Virus record (IMG/VR): IMGVR_UViG_3300031576_000178
Location: 1-38,090 of that record
DNA from: a virus
Taxonomy: Duplodnaviria; Caudoviricetes
Length of the DNA: 38,090 bases
Strand: one strand, 5' to 3'
The notes beneath the pieces were generated by a model. The model did not search any database. It saw only the letters and a list, made by a program, of their open reading frames with translations, and was not told the DNA's origin. Each line of letters opens with the position of its first letter. The first letter of the stretch is position 1. Of the stretch, positions 18,601 to 25,297 are shown in pieces. The position numbers and the translations under genes are program-made.

Positions 18601-18664
18601 GCCGGCGGCCGGCGCCGAGCGGCGCTACGGCGTGACCTATCAGCAGATCGTCGGCCTCCCGTAG
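9638..18664 (+). CDS. Giant (3008 aa) polyvalent/internal virion protein with zincin-like metallopeptidase and C-terminal lytic transglycosylase
   Basis: Gly-zipper hydrophobic segment near N-terminus; STLVHELGHVF...EEQFARDFERYL; ILAESGG...SVGLFQL (SLT). Confidence 0.88.
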   Translation: MPKRLPQPPRPGPVAPPLAAPTERGAERPRSQGGAGSAARPPRSSAPIRPAQIRPRIPLTPPTSQGDFGPPQALTPEQRAQFYQPGGPGQQYQGVDQPRPQSYALREGDVAPVRLVVRRGQGQTVIVEAGTKLTQDALRAAQAGNEWSSYFGGVAPPSPLRPRKPRLGALGYQAPVPGQQFGLPEGDPNKTMRGKFAQFLGSPLGAASQIGIGALPGVMVGASLGGPVGALAGGLLTGGVTAGGLAYQRYLQSAYGLAEAQKKFDESVFGQFGKVLDAPRQWLEQGIGVGTQAVEDPTEVFQNLGAAWEAARLTYVSAPIDPRVLDPARWWAGDLKNPIDFSTNRTFVDYDLPETTGGVAALVEARKRIAAGESAAQVFAEIQGRYGAPGQIRELLSGFLLDPLNFAEGAQGLALRGLARAAHADDLALATRLARGTGPLSRFTQGGLIDTAQAYRNIKLTKLMREGFTDARHLSWFQRALIGPEMVGILRGEYHPPQPWELWRLTPESQAREQVVQANNYVQAHVLSRLPNDETIAARAAELLQGMKTARLDENVERLDPAARAMLSLEGQVVQRSLRHGGDVELNLLTGWQDMTSARALLADVAAKLGDTPTGIIKRATDGEAGKLLRLYGQAGGQVAKGVTAKSFEQSMRAFAEGAPYNPEMFKAALLSGLLEQSGKWAADFFKIKAPGFLEQLAGVVKAAQSAVLLGLNPGYLVNNFLGNQVTMLARGAWGFQNLNTLREEMGRFGLAPARMIEGVSPADEAATLSAQQRYTTLVQAHEAGLRPIQEARTPASPLENLRQHASRLAQMTPFLKASQAVERHASANAFGAGFRQMWERAWRRGVGFERLPAELEQALAGVDPRLPDFIYAAAEAGYTPQDISARVLERAPRPVVQEFYTQVARTLGLDDERLRSLLESGGLGPALNARLAQLPDNATRQDVRQVFQEVRVQAEQFMAEQEAAYAQAQLDYVAQAAGGNELGLTDAGALLETFDQLTTRQAESFISHKRLLEEVWDDWLGGRITRDEQLARMKDAGDKLYRQGLFVEQQATADGLAAGMKTAGLPLDPGFPAAQRTIHDLTGDFHAQREQVYREFFRRPKNERTPELWAATQQQVDDAYRNFIGHRGQLQESMDAYLAAAYERRFPASGERVRAWRDGVRTHEAAYEDAVLKQFTDARALPDPVARNQLWRAFDDRMIQQRLAWTREAIAARKAIWETVPGPQALQNGTAIAQGAAPAPMSADISTLPTPQAADELQRQATAGAQLAEAQSDQALTAEYFALDRDYTRLGGEAPPELVARFRDVQQRFNDRFPEAPPTRATPPEAQSAVTWNLSRKRVEIGGEPTPEQQDLLKSLGWRQEKATGAWYKRGDFASEGRRVMGEAALRPFEQKRLERLRAGRLPLAPAAPPPEALTPAGAIRLPRRELPPALSQALEMQAREMLRQVAEGEAGQRVFVRDEAGYLTGDVLAAPSTYPDWYGALNARRETIVNALQKIVKDAGADVDRAGQAILRRLKQAILDELAKTDPLTGRPPEPEVLRFLGRSSAEIDAARAAWRVAQAEPFVQPFLDSLTEQGGLSRAQFVERLGREFENVTPEQARAVVAITDARAQAWARQTGRDPEQWYAAHLADVRTAGEAGDLFQLATPEQVQARLARARTQLGESGIAQFGGIPLSFIADPHTRALVEEYRSAALDQRFLEAYGRAFNLGDQGQIARLLAGEAAEFQARPDGAFDIVLGDRAVANAPSLDEARRMVQELNVKNYTPRLYQTGPEAYRVFRESGPDGVRYYLHDAQTNRRIQGPFESSEQARARIEELVAFAERGFYQGEGMKKGSVEFLEDGRAIVRAFETADVSTLVHELGHVFRRDLPADDLARAEIHYGVENGEWQVGPEEQFARDFERYLATADAPTPQLRGVFERLRAWLTEIYRSVRDFLTRPSDETTAIFDRLLRVDDATEGAGNFALTPRTEGRVLYQANDGSLVVRSGDEVQRLPPASAEPPLLPPGVLADDGAMPTPVAAAQSETYWRQLRPALAELQRAIEADVQTGRVKGQALDPDQRQAVTHYLQRVGDQMGEAKLLALKWGEYKRDAALLNYSRRYMLDTYLGMVAPYEFFATHSMMKWALHSLQTPALLAHYYRIKRFLETNVQKPGFPSRLMGRVKIPLPWLPEWMGGGVWVDPLKLGLPLETFGAPWEQYAQSQTRLESRVQRELEKQLEAGQITQADYDQAVASYQPGMLEQATGQGGNELWNRTTQSVMAADPSQRFDGADFATMLYSPSLPLKWAYEVLRGTPERIGPLPVTRDVKNLTAALGLGGAGGLNLEAGVRRALALPVFDQWADYRIDRELANMAAEGLLTAEQAKAAMIERSGAAFDEAQRREAQQGGADPNVQVLGRLFGGAGVYPEGEERQRQLALLNRAAWQAQDNGDVDALNEFMEAYPEYEARLALKNDPDERLQNFLVDQVWAGYNALPTLYRRAVQDQFGPEFQQAFLEKETRSYRSIPPETLAAWARTLGRYVPGNLEAEPLRLDLAPEPVAREAEEYYDRRARAFEMERVRALQTAYFQIPEHARATATPMPADVEAYYTARDRLFPDIVELLDAYGNLPKNTKPAERDRLFPGIGQKLDAYFALPARSRERKAFRETNPDVAAYWEWEKQFDAEHPEAALRKQFRERFPVIEQYFTWQEAWRAGHPDVGRYLDETHVSARTAFLQANAELNDYWDFRRAWMESHPVTASYLTEQTPDGVGENRQYEATADRRGVEIYASPEMHWLVSAHLFAGAALPARVRGELERQWEAQGRPAGGFDRWLLNVMAFGGELGPAGYLNMGQGGYQYPGTPGPAPSPGGAPSASRGVRGGHPRASGPPAAIPAPDPYATRPVSSVGGIGQWREMAAQYGQQHGVPPEYILALILAESGGRADAVGDGGHSVGLFQLHDRGVGTGYTVEQRQDPRLQFELMMPRIARAYQQGLARGLSGAPLAVYVGREAERPAAGAERRYGVTYQQIVGLP
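9695..9740 (-). repeat. REP-like palindrome, copy C
   Basis: Minus strand CCCCCTGC-GACCGGGGGCGCTCCGCGCCCCGCTC-TGTGGGGGC. Confidence 0.8.
18165..18198 (-). repeat. REP-like palindrome, degenerate copy in the linker before the SLT domain
   Basis: Minus strand ACCCCCCGC-GACGCGC-TCG-GCGCGCC-GCCGGGGG; an extra CGTGGGGGC arm follows on the plus strand. Confidence 0.55.
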
Positions 18665-18677
18665 GGCCGGTTCCCGC

Positions 18678-18800
18678 TTGACTCACACGGGGCCGGGGCC
18701 TATCATACACACAGACCCGACAGAGTTGATGAGACCGGGGTCATCCCCACCGACGGACGCGCCCGGAGCGTCCCGTCCCGGGGGTGGCCCCGGTTTTTTT
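18678..18800 (+). promoter_or_regulatory. Late promoter 2 with conserved 29-nt leader and long intrinsic terminator (attenuator)
   Basis: TTGACT-17-TATCAT; leader 18714-18742; stem CCGGGGTCATCCCC/GGGGGTGGCCCCGG followed by T7. Confidence 0.82.
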
Positions 18801-18826
18801 CCGGCTTGAGTCCCTGCGAGCCGGTG

Positions 18827-18870
18827 GCCCCCACTGACTGGTGCGCTCCGCGCCCCGGTCCGCGGGGGGT
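18827..18870 (-). repeat. REP-like palindrome, copy D, abutting the scaffold RBS
   Basis: Minus strand ACCCCCCGCG-GACCGGGGCGCGGAGCGCACCAGTC-AGTGGGGGC. Confidence 0.8.
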
Positions 18871-18880
18871 GGAGGTACCT

Positions 18881-19573
18881 ATGGGCCAGACGACCGATCC
18901 AGCGTTTGACGCCGCCTCCGAGGCCCCGGGCCCGGGGGAGACGCCCGCTTCCCAGGGAGCGGCCCCGGCGCAGACGCCGAACGGAGAGGCCGCGCCCGCC
19001 ACGCTGACGCTTGAACAGGTGCATGATTTGCTGGACCAGCAGGCCCGGCGATTCCAGAGCACCCTGGACAAGCGCGAGGCGCGGCTGGTGCGCCAGATCG
19101 CGGGCGACCCACGCCAGCGCGCCCTGAGGGCGGCCAGCGCGGCCGGGGTGGACATCCCGGACGCGAAGCGCGACGCCTTTTTGAAATCGCTCGAAGAGAG
19201 CGGCGTGCTGCCGGTGGAGCCGACGGAGCCGGAGGGCGGCGAGGCCGCGTCTTCGGGCTCACCGTCTGATCTGAACCCGGTCACGTACCAGGGGGAGCTC
19301 ATCGCCGAGGCCTTCGAGCTGACGGGCGATGACCCCGAGGTGAAGCTGATCAAGACCGGGCCGGGCGTGACGCCTCAGCAGTACCTCGAAAGCATTCGCC
19401 AGGCGGGGAGGGCGAAGCTCAAGCGCGTGAACGGCCAGGGCAACCCGGCGGCGATGCCGGGCCTGACGCCGGGCGGCCCGCCCGCCAAGACCAACCCGAT
19501 CGCCCACATCAGCAGCGCCGAGGAACTGTACCGTCAGGAATGGGAAGATGTCCTGAAGCGCAGGCGAACTTAG
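18881..19573 (+). CDS. Probable capsid scaffolding protein
   Basis: GGAGG RBS; acidic disordered N-terminus and helical core; directly upstream of the capsid gene. Confidence 0.6.
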   Translation: MGQTTDPAFDAASEAPGPGETPASQGAAPAQTPNGEAAPATLTLEQVHDLLDQQARRFQSTLDKREARLVRQIAGDPRQRALRAASAAGVDIPDAKRDAFLKSLEESGVLPVEPTEPEGGEAASSGSPSDLNPVTYQGELIAEAFELTGDDPEVKLIKTGPGVTPQQYLESIRQAGRAKLKRVNGQGNPAAMPGLTPGGPPAKTNPIAHISSAEELYRQEWEDVLKRRRT

Positions 19574-19585
19574 CGCTGACCGACC

Positions 19586-20641
19586 ATGTCTGTTTTCCTG
19601 AACGAAATCCTGAAGCTGACCCAGAGCCGGATGCACAAGGCGGTGCTGCTCGACCTGCTCCGCCAGTCGCCCGTGCTCCCCATGATCCCGGTGGACAACG
19701 TGGACGCCTTGCAGATGACGGCCACGCGCTGGCAGACCCTGCCCACCTCCTCGACGCGCAAGATCGGCGGCGCCTACACCGAAGGCACCGGCACGGTCGA
19801 GCAGGTGGCCGACACGCTCTTCGCCTACGGCGGAGACATCAAGGTGGATCGCCTGCTGACCAAGGTCAAAGCCATCGAGAACCCGCTCGAACTCCAAATG
19901 AAAATGAAGGTCGCGTCGGTGGCCGCGCTCTTCAACGATCACTGGATCAACGGCGATCACTCCCTGGGCGGCGCGTATATCGACGGCTTTGAAGGCCTGA
20001 AGAAACGCGTTTCCAATCAACCCGCCCGCATGACCATTGACCTGGCTACGGGCGGCGACTCGCTCAAGGTGCTGGCCACCAGCGCCAGCGAGCACACCTT
20101 CGTGGACGCGGTGCACGAAGCCCTGCACAAGGTCGGGGCCGTGCCGACCGCCGGGCCGACCGGCACCAACGTGGCGTTGTTTATGAACGAGGCCACGCTG
20201 CTCGGCATCCCCAAGGTGTTGAGACGGCTGGCGACCGTCCTGTCCACCTACTCGGACGCCTTCGACCGCACCTGGACCACGTGGGGACCGGCCAAACTGG
20301 TGGACATGGGCCTAAAATCGGACCAGTCCACCGAGATCATCACGGCGACCGAAGACCCGGGCGACGCCGGCAACGACGCGACCAGCCTGTACGCGGTGCG
20401 CTTCGGCGGCATCGCGCACCGGGACGCGAGCGGCAAGCTGTCGGTGATGGATGACGACGGCGTGCGGCTGTTGCAGCTGGCCGGCACCAGCGTGGAGCCG
20501 TATGACCCGCTGTCCGGCGGCGAGGGCGGGGCCGGGGCCGCGCCCGAACTCCTGCGCCGGATTGACGTGGCCTGGGGCCTGACGCAAAAGGGCCGCTATT
20601 CCATCTGCCGCCTCAAGGGCTTCAAGATGGCGGCGGCGTAA
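19586..20641 (+). CDS. Major capsid protein
   Basis: 351 aa; LLRQSPVLPMIP, GGDIKVDR, INGD...FEGLKKR motifs of HK97-fold capsids; position. Confidence 0.85.
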   Translation: MSVFLNEILKLTQSRMHKAVLLDLLRQSPVLPMIPVDNVDALQMTATRWQTLPTSSTRKIGGAYTEGTGTVEQVADTLFAYGGDIKVDRLLTKVKAIENPLELQMKMKVASVAALFNDHWINGDHSLGGAYIDGFEGLKKRVSNQPARMTIDLATGGDSLKVLATSASEHTFVDAVHEALHKVGAVPTAGPTGTNVALFMNEATLLGIPKVLRRLATVLSTYSDAFDRTWTTWGPAKLVDMGLKSDQSTEIITATEDPGDAGNDATSLYAVRFGGIAHRDASGKLSVMDDDGVRLLQLAGTSVEPYDPLSGGEGGAGAAPELLRRIDVAWGLTQKGRYSICRLKGFKMAAA

Positions 20642-20660
20642 GCCCAACGGGAGAGTCACC

Positions 20661-21047
20661 ATGTTTGACAACAACCAGATGTTTTCCAACGGCCAGGTGG
20701 TCACGGCGGATGGCTTCTCGACCAACGCCGCCCAGGTCGCCAAGACCGGCCCGGACGGGGTGTGGATCGAGATCATCCTCCCGGCCGCCCCGACCGGCAC
20801 GACGCCGACCCTGATCGTGGAGGTCTACGCCAAAGACACCGACGCGAGCTGGGCCACGACCGACACCAAGGTCGGCGTACTCAACCAGATCGCGGGCGCG
20901 GCCGCCGGCCAGGTGGGGCGCTACTTCCTGAAGATCGTGACCGACAAGCAGTACGTTAAGGTCTACTACGACGTGGGCGGCACCACCCCCAGCTACACCC
21001 TGACGGCCGGGATCGGCTCCGGGCCGCAGCAGGACGCGCTGGTTTAA
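20661..21047 (+). CDS. Capsid cement/decoration protein (Bbp16-like)
   Basis: MFDNNQMFSNGQVVTA...STN N-terminus; beta-rich; follows the capsid gene. Confidence 0.65.
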   Translation: MFDNNQMFSNGQVVTADGFSTNAAQVAKTGPDGVWIEIILPAAPTGTTPTLIVEVYAKDTDASWATTDTKVGVLNQIAGAAAGQVGRYFLKIVTDKQYVKVYYDVGGTTPSYTLTAGIGSGPQQDALV

Positions 21048-21069
21048 GCGCCTGAACGATCGTCTATCC

Positions 21070-21100
21070 GCGCGGGCGGCCGGTGAAGGGCCGCCCGCGC
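21070..21100 (+). terminator. 12-bp hairpin after the capsid/cement genes
   Basis: GCGCGGGCGGCC-GGTGAAG-GGCCGCCCGCGC; no U tract. Confidence 0.45.
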
Positions 21101-21142
21101 CCAGGCCCGACGGCCCGACGGGCCGTCTCGAGCGGAGGCGCT

Positions 21143-21523
21143 ATGCCCACTGCGACACTTGTTGACGTCACCGTTGCCCAACTGCTGATCCGGACGCCGC
21201 TCAACCCCACGTATGCCGGCATGGCGCTGGGCGTGAAGTTCGACGAGGGCCAGGCTCTGATTGGCGCTCGGGCCAAACCCAACCGCTACGGTTACACGCT
21301 GGAGCAACTGGCGATTAAGTTTGTCACCGACCTGCAGGGCTACGAGGTGACCGCGCTGAATGCCACCGGCCAGGAGATCGATCTGGCCACGTTACGGGCG
21401 CGGCTCGACCCTGATTACACCGTCCCGCTCCTGCCGGGCGGGGCGGCGGCCCCCACGGACGCGCCCGCGAAGCCCGCGCGCAAGCTGGCGAAGACCAAAG
21501 CGGCGGCCCATGCCGGCGGTTGA
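21143..21523 (+). CDS. Hypothetical virion-module protein
   Basis: GGAGG RBS before ATG 21143. Confidence 0.65.
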   Translation: MPTATLVDVTVAQLLIRTPLNPTYAGMALGVKFDEGQALIGARAKPNRYGYTLEQLAIKFVTDLQGYEVTALNATGQEIDLATLRARLDPDYTVPLLPGGAAAPTDAPAKPARKLAKTKAAAHAGG

Positions 21524-21812
21524 GATCCCCTTCAACCCGCTGGGCGCGCACGTGCGCCAGACCAGCCTCGGCTCGGTCTACACCCCTGCGCCGCCGTCGG
21601 GGGCCGGCATGTGCGTGGTGCAGGCGCTGGGGGCCAACGTGCGCTTCACGCTGGACGGGACCGACCCCTCCGCCACGTTTGGCTTTCAGCTGGCGACCGG
21701 CGACGTGGAGCGGGTGCTGCCGATCGGCTCGGCGACCGTGTTGAAGTTCATCCAGGAGGCGGCCGGCGCCGAGGTGCAGCTGCAATTCGGCAACAAGGGC
21801 GCGGCCAATTAA
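21510..21812 (+). CDS. Small beta-rich virion protein
   Basis: VQALGANVRFTLDGTDPSATFGFQL motif typical of small phage structural proteins. Confidence 0.65.
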   Translation: MPAVEIPFNPLGAHVRQTSLGSVYTPAPPSGAGMCVVQALGANVRFTLDGTDPSATFGFQLATGDVERVLPIGSATVLKFIQEAAGAEVQLQFGNKGAAN

Positions 21813-21814
21813 CC

Positions 21815-22273
21815 ATGGCTGGTACCACGAATCGCGGCGCGTTCCGAATTGCGCAGGCCTTCTACCGCAACACCAGCATCCCGACCAACCTGTTTGCGTT
21901 CCTGGCCACCAGCGCGGCCGCGCCGACCGCCGACACCAATCTTAAAAGCGACCTGACCGAGATCGCGGCGGGCAACGGCTACACAGCCGGAGGCCTTTCG
22001 CTCAACCGCAACAGCACCGACTTCGACGTGCTGACCGAGGACGACACCAACGACCGCGCCTTCGTGCAGATCAAAGACCTGGTCTGGACGGCTTCGGGCG
22101 GGCCGATCCCGGCCATCGGGGGCGGGGCGCGCTATCTGCCCGTCACCGACGACAACGCCACGCCGGCCAACCGCGATGTGATCCATTACTTTGACCTGGC
22201 CGCCGACCGCACCGTCAGCGCCGGCCAGAGCCTCACCATCCAGGACGCCGAGATTCGATTGAGGAACGTGTAA
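21815..22273 (+). CDS. Tail-associated structural protein
   Basis: LTEIAAGNGYTAGG...WTASGGPI...V.AGQSLTI pattern of tail-fibre-associated proteins. Confidence 0.7.
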   Translation: MAGTTNRGAFRIAQAFYRNTSIPTNLFAFLATSAAAPTADTNLKSDLTEIAAGNGYTAGGLSLNRNSTDFDVLTEDDTNDRAFVQIKDLVWTASGGPIPAIGGGARYLPVTDDNATPANRDVIHYFDLAADRTVSAGQSLTIQDAEIRLRNV

Positions 22274-22275
22274 CC

Positions 22276-22749
22276 ATGCTCGATTGGTTCCGCCGACTCT
22301 TCACCCGGGGCGCGGAGCACCCCCTTGACCCGCCCCACCCGGCCGGGGCGCCGCCGGGGCGAGAGCCGGACCTGCCCCCCGCCGTCCGGGAGTCGCTGCG
22401 CGCGCTGGACGTGGTGGTGGAGTCGCGCGCCGACCCGGATTACCTGTGGCTGCAAGCGGACCCGGACGTGATCTACCCCAAGGTGATCAACGCCATCCGC
22501 CTGGCGGTGGACGAGGAAGAAATCCCCAGCGGCCTGGCGCAGTATTACCATCAGGCCCTCACCCTGGACGACGAGGCCTGGCGCTGGGCGCTGACCCCGC
22601 GCGGCCAATGCCCGGACGCGGTGCTCGCGGCGCGCGCCGAGGCGCTGGAGCTGGCCCGGCGCTGGTTCACGGCCCAACTGCACGCCGAGCTGGGGGGGCG
22701 GCCGATCGGCGTCCATTGGCTGAAGCGCTCACGCTGGAGGCAGGCATGA
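22276..22749 (+). CDS. Hypothetical protein
   Basis: GAGG RBS; tight packing. Confidence 0.65.
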   Translation: MLDWFRRLFTRGAEHPLDPPHPAGAPPGREPDLPPAVRESLRALDVVVESRADPDYLWLQADPDVIYPKVINAIRLAVDEEEIPSGLAQYYHQALTLDDEAWRWALTPRGQCPDAVLAARAEALELARRWFTAQLHAELGGRPIGVHWLKRSRWRQA

Positions 22750-23063
22750 CCACGACCCTCCAGATCATCGGAATCCAGACCGAGGCGGGTGGGGCGCTGG
22801 AGGTGACGTACTACGTTAACGACCGCGAGATCCGGGGGCGGCGCTTCGCCAGCCGGGGGCAGCTGGCGGATTTTGTGGCCGAGCATCTGACCGAGGAGGC
22901 GCTGTTCGCCCAGGTCCTGGCGCACTGGCAGGCCAACGACATGCCGCTGCTGGACGACGTATTTGCCACGGGGAGGCTGATGACGTTTGACTATGGGCTC
23001 TCGACCGCCGTCACGGTGGTCGTCCGGCCCACACCGGCCCCGCCGCGAGGAGCTTCCGCATGA
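22746..23063 (+). CDS. Hypothetical protein, paralog of the next gene
   Basis: GGAGG RBS; GALEVTYYVN...FASRGQLADF. Confidence 0.65.
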   Translation: MTTTLQIIGIQTEAGGALEVTYYVNDREIRGRRFASRGQLADFVAEHLTEEALFAQVLAHWQANDMPLLDDVFATGRLMTFDYGLSTAVTVVVRPTPAPPRGASA

Positions 23064-23347
23064 CTTCCAAAATCGTCCGCCTCACCGCCTTCCAGGAATA
23101 TGTGAACGGGACCATTGAGGTGACTTACACGATCAACGGCGCGACCGCCGGCTATGTCTTCGGGAGCCGGGAACAGTTGCAGGCCTTCGCCGCCGAGATC
23201 GAAAGCGACGACAGCGTGTTCCGCGCGGCGCTCAACGGCCTGGTCTATCGCTGCCCGCTCTTGGAAAGTCCGCCGCTCAATTGGGAGCTCCGCTCCGATT
23301 GGGAGTTGACGCTGACCCCCGTCACTCAATCCCTGGTCGTCCTGTAG
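23060..23347 (+). CDS. Hypothetical protein, paralog of the previous gene
   Basis: GAGGAG RBS; GTIEVTYTIN...FGSREQLQAF. Confidence 0.65.
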   Translation: MTSKIVRLTAFQEYVNGTIEVTYTINGATAGYVFGSREQLQAFAAEIESDDSVFRAALNGLVYRCPLLESPPLNWELRSDWELTLTPVTQSLVVL

Positions 23348-23350
23348 CCG

Positions 23351-24535
23351 ATGCTCATCCCCAAGCCGAAGCCCCACAGCGTGGACACCCTGGCCGCCCG
23401 GCTCATCTACCTGGGCCGCCTGGCGCGCCGCATGCCGCCGAGCTGGGACGGGGCCGCCATCTCCCATCCGGTCTGCGGTCTGGGCGGCCAGTTCATTGGC
23501 CGCCTGCTGCCCGGGCGCGGCCTGTATCTGGACATTGACCCGACACACGTGGGCCTGACGCGCGGGCGGCTGCCGTTCGTGTTCCCCAAGACGCCGGTGC
23601 AGCGCCTGGCCGATTGGTTCGGTCGCAACGAACGGATGGCGATTGCGGCCTTCAACCTGATCGCCGGCTTCCCCTTCGCCGCCATCAACAGCTACGACCA
23701 GATCATCCGGAGTAGGGCGAATGGCAAGACCAACGATGTCTCGATCTCGAAGGCCTCCTATACCACGGTCGCCAACGTGTACTCGTCTGTCTACCGGGCC
23801 GGTGGCTTCCCGGTGGCCGGGACCTACGCGAACATCCCGGGCGGCGCGGCCCACGACCGCGCCTCGACCGGCGCGTGGTCGCAAGGGCTCACCAACCCGA
23901 CCGCCCCGGACAAGAAATATCTGCTGACCTTCGGGTACGGCGCGGCCCAGCAGATCAACATGGCCATCCTGGCCGACCTGTTGGTGGCGGCCGGCAATAT
24001 CAACGCCAACGCGACCGGCAACCAGACCATTAGCTCGACGGCCCTGACGAGGCAGTACGGCGCGACCCAGGGCGCGGGCGTGCTGATGACCTACGAGGTC
24101 ACCACCGCGCTGGGCGGCACGGCCAGCAACCTGACCGTCAATAGCTACACCGACCAGGACGGCAACACCGGCGCGACGACCCCGGCGGTGGCCATGACCA
24201 CCAGCGCGATTGTCCAGCGCCTTCAACCGGCGGCCCTGGGGCCGTACATGGAGCTGGCCTCCGGCGACTACGGCGTGCGCTCGGTGGAGACCCTGGTCTT
24301 CAGCGCGGCCATGGCGGCGGGGGTGGTGGCGCTCAATCTATATTTCCCGCTGGCCTTTGTGCCGGGCGTGGCGGCCAATAGCTACATCGAGCGCGACAGC
24401 ACCGTCCAGGTGGATGGCCTGATCGAACTGGCCAAAAATGGAAGCGACGTGATTGGGTGTCTGATGGCCTACGTCCTGACCAATACCACCTCGACCGGCG
24501 TGCTGACCGCGTTCCTGCGCGGCGTGGCGGGGTAA
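23351..24535 (+). CDS. Probable tail/virion structural protein
   Basis: Ala/Thr/Gly-rich and beta-rich; SYTDQDGNTG and LASGDYGVRSVE motifs. Confidence 0.65.
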   Translation: MLIPKPKPHSVDTLAARLIYLGRLARRMPPSWDGAAISHPVCGLGGQFIGRLLPGRGLYLDIDPTHVGLTRGRLPFVFPKTPVQRLADWFGRNERMAIAAFNLIAGFPFAAINSYDQIIRSRANGKTNDVSISKASYTTVANVYSSVYRAGGFPVAGTYANIPGGAAHDRASTGAWSQGLTNPTAPDKKYLLTFGYGAAQQINMAILADLLVAAGNINANATGNQTISSTALTRQYGATQGAGVLMTYEVTTALGGTASNLTVNSYTDQDGNTGATTPAVAMTTSAIVQRLQPAALGPYMELASGDYGVRSVETLVFSAAMAAGVVALNLYFPLAFVPGVAANSYIERDSTVQVDGLIELAKNGSDVIGCLMAYVLTNTTSTGVLTAFLRGVAG

Positions 24536-24536
24536 G

Positions 24537-24809
24537 ATGGCGTTGTCCTTCTATCTCAACGCGGGCGGGATCGAGCAGGCGGGGATGTTTGGCTACGAGA
24601 TGCTGACCGTCCGGACATTTCCGACGCGTAACATCGCCGAGACCCTGGGCCACGTCACCCCGTGGCGGCGCTGGCGGGCCTACGGGCGCTTCGGGGCGGG
24701 GCGTTTCGACCGAACGGTCGTCGCGCCCAACGACGGGATCATCCCTATGCCGGTCAAGGAATATCCGCTCCCGCTGCTGCCGGCGCCGATGCGGGTCATG
24801 GAGTATTGA
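24537..24809 (+). CDS. Hypothetical protein
   Basis: Fits between neighbours with 1-nt gaps. Confidence 0.55.
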   Translation: MALSFYLNAGGIEQAGMFGYEMLTVRTFPTRNIAETLGHVTPWRRWRAYGRFGAGRFDRTVVAPNDGIIPMPVKEYPLPLLPAPMRVMEY

Positions 24810-24810
24810 C

Positions 24811-25290
24811 ATGCCGCGTTACTACACGATCCCGATCGTCGGCCTGACCGGGCTGGAGGCCAACACCAACCCCTTCTTCCAGCTGGCCACCCCCGCGACG
24901 ATGGGGATCGAAGTGGTCAGCTTCCGCCTGGGCCAGCGCGACAGCGAGACCAGCGTCCAGGTCGCCCTCCAACCGGCGCGCCGCACGACGGCCTCGACTC
25001 TGCCGACGGCCAGCAATATCCGCCGGCTCAACCCGAACGATGCGGCCAGCCTGCTGGCCAGCTCCACCACCACCAACGCGCAGGGCCTGGCCACGGCGGT
25101 CGGCACGCTCGACCACGTGCTGGGGGGCTGGCCCTTTAACATTCTAGGAGAGGGCCTGGTCTGGCGGCCGCTGCGCGACGAAGAGCGGATCATCCTGGAC
25201 CTGAGCGAGTTTGTGACCTGGTCGTTCCTGGCCGTCCCGCCGGCCGGCCTGACGTTTGACGGCGAGTGCGTCGTCAAAGAATTGATCTAG
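24811..25290 (+). CDS. Hypothetical beta-rich tail-module protein
   Basis: Tight packing; GC3 bias. Confidence 0.65.
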   Translation: MPRYYTIPIVGLTGLEANTNPFFQLATPATMGIEVVSFRLGQRDSETSVQVALQPARRTTASTLPTASNIRRLNPNDAASLLASSTTTNAQGLATAVGTLDHVLGGWPFNILGEGLVWRPLRDEERIILDLSEFVTWSFLAVPPAGLTFDGECVVKELI

Positions 25291-25297
25291 GCGATGT

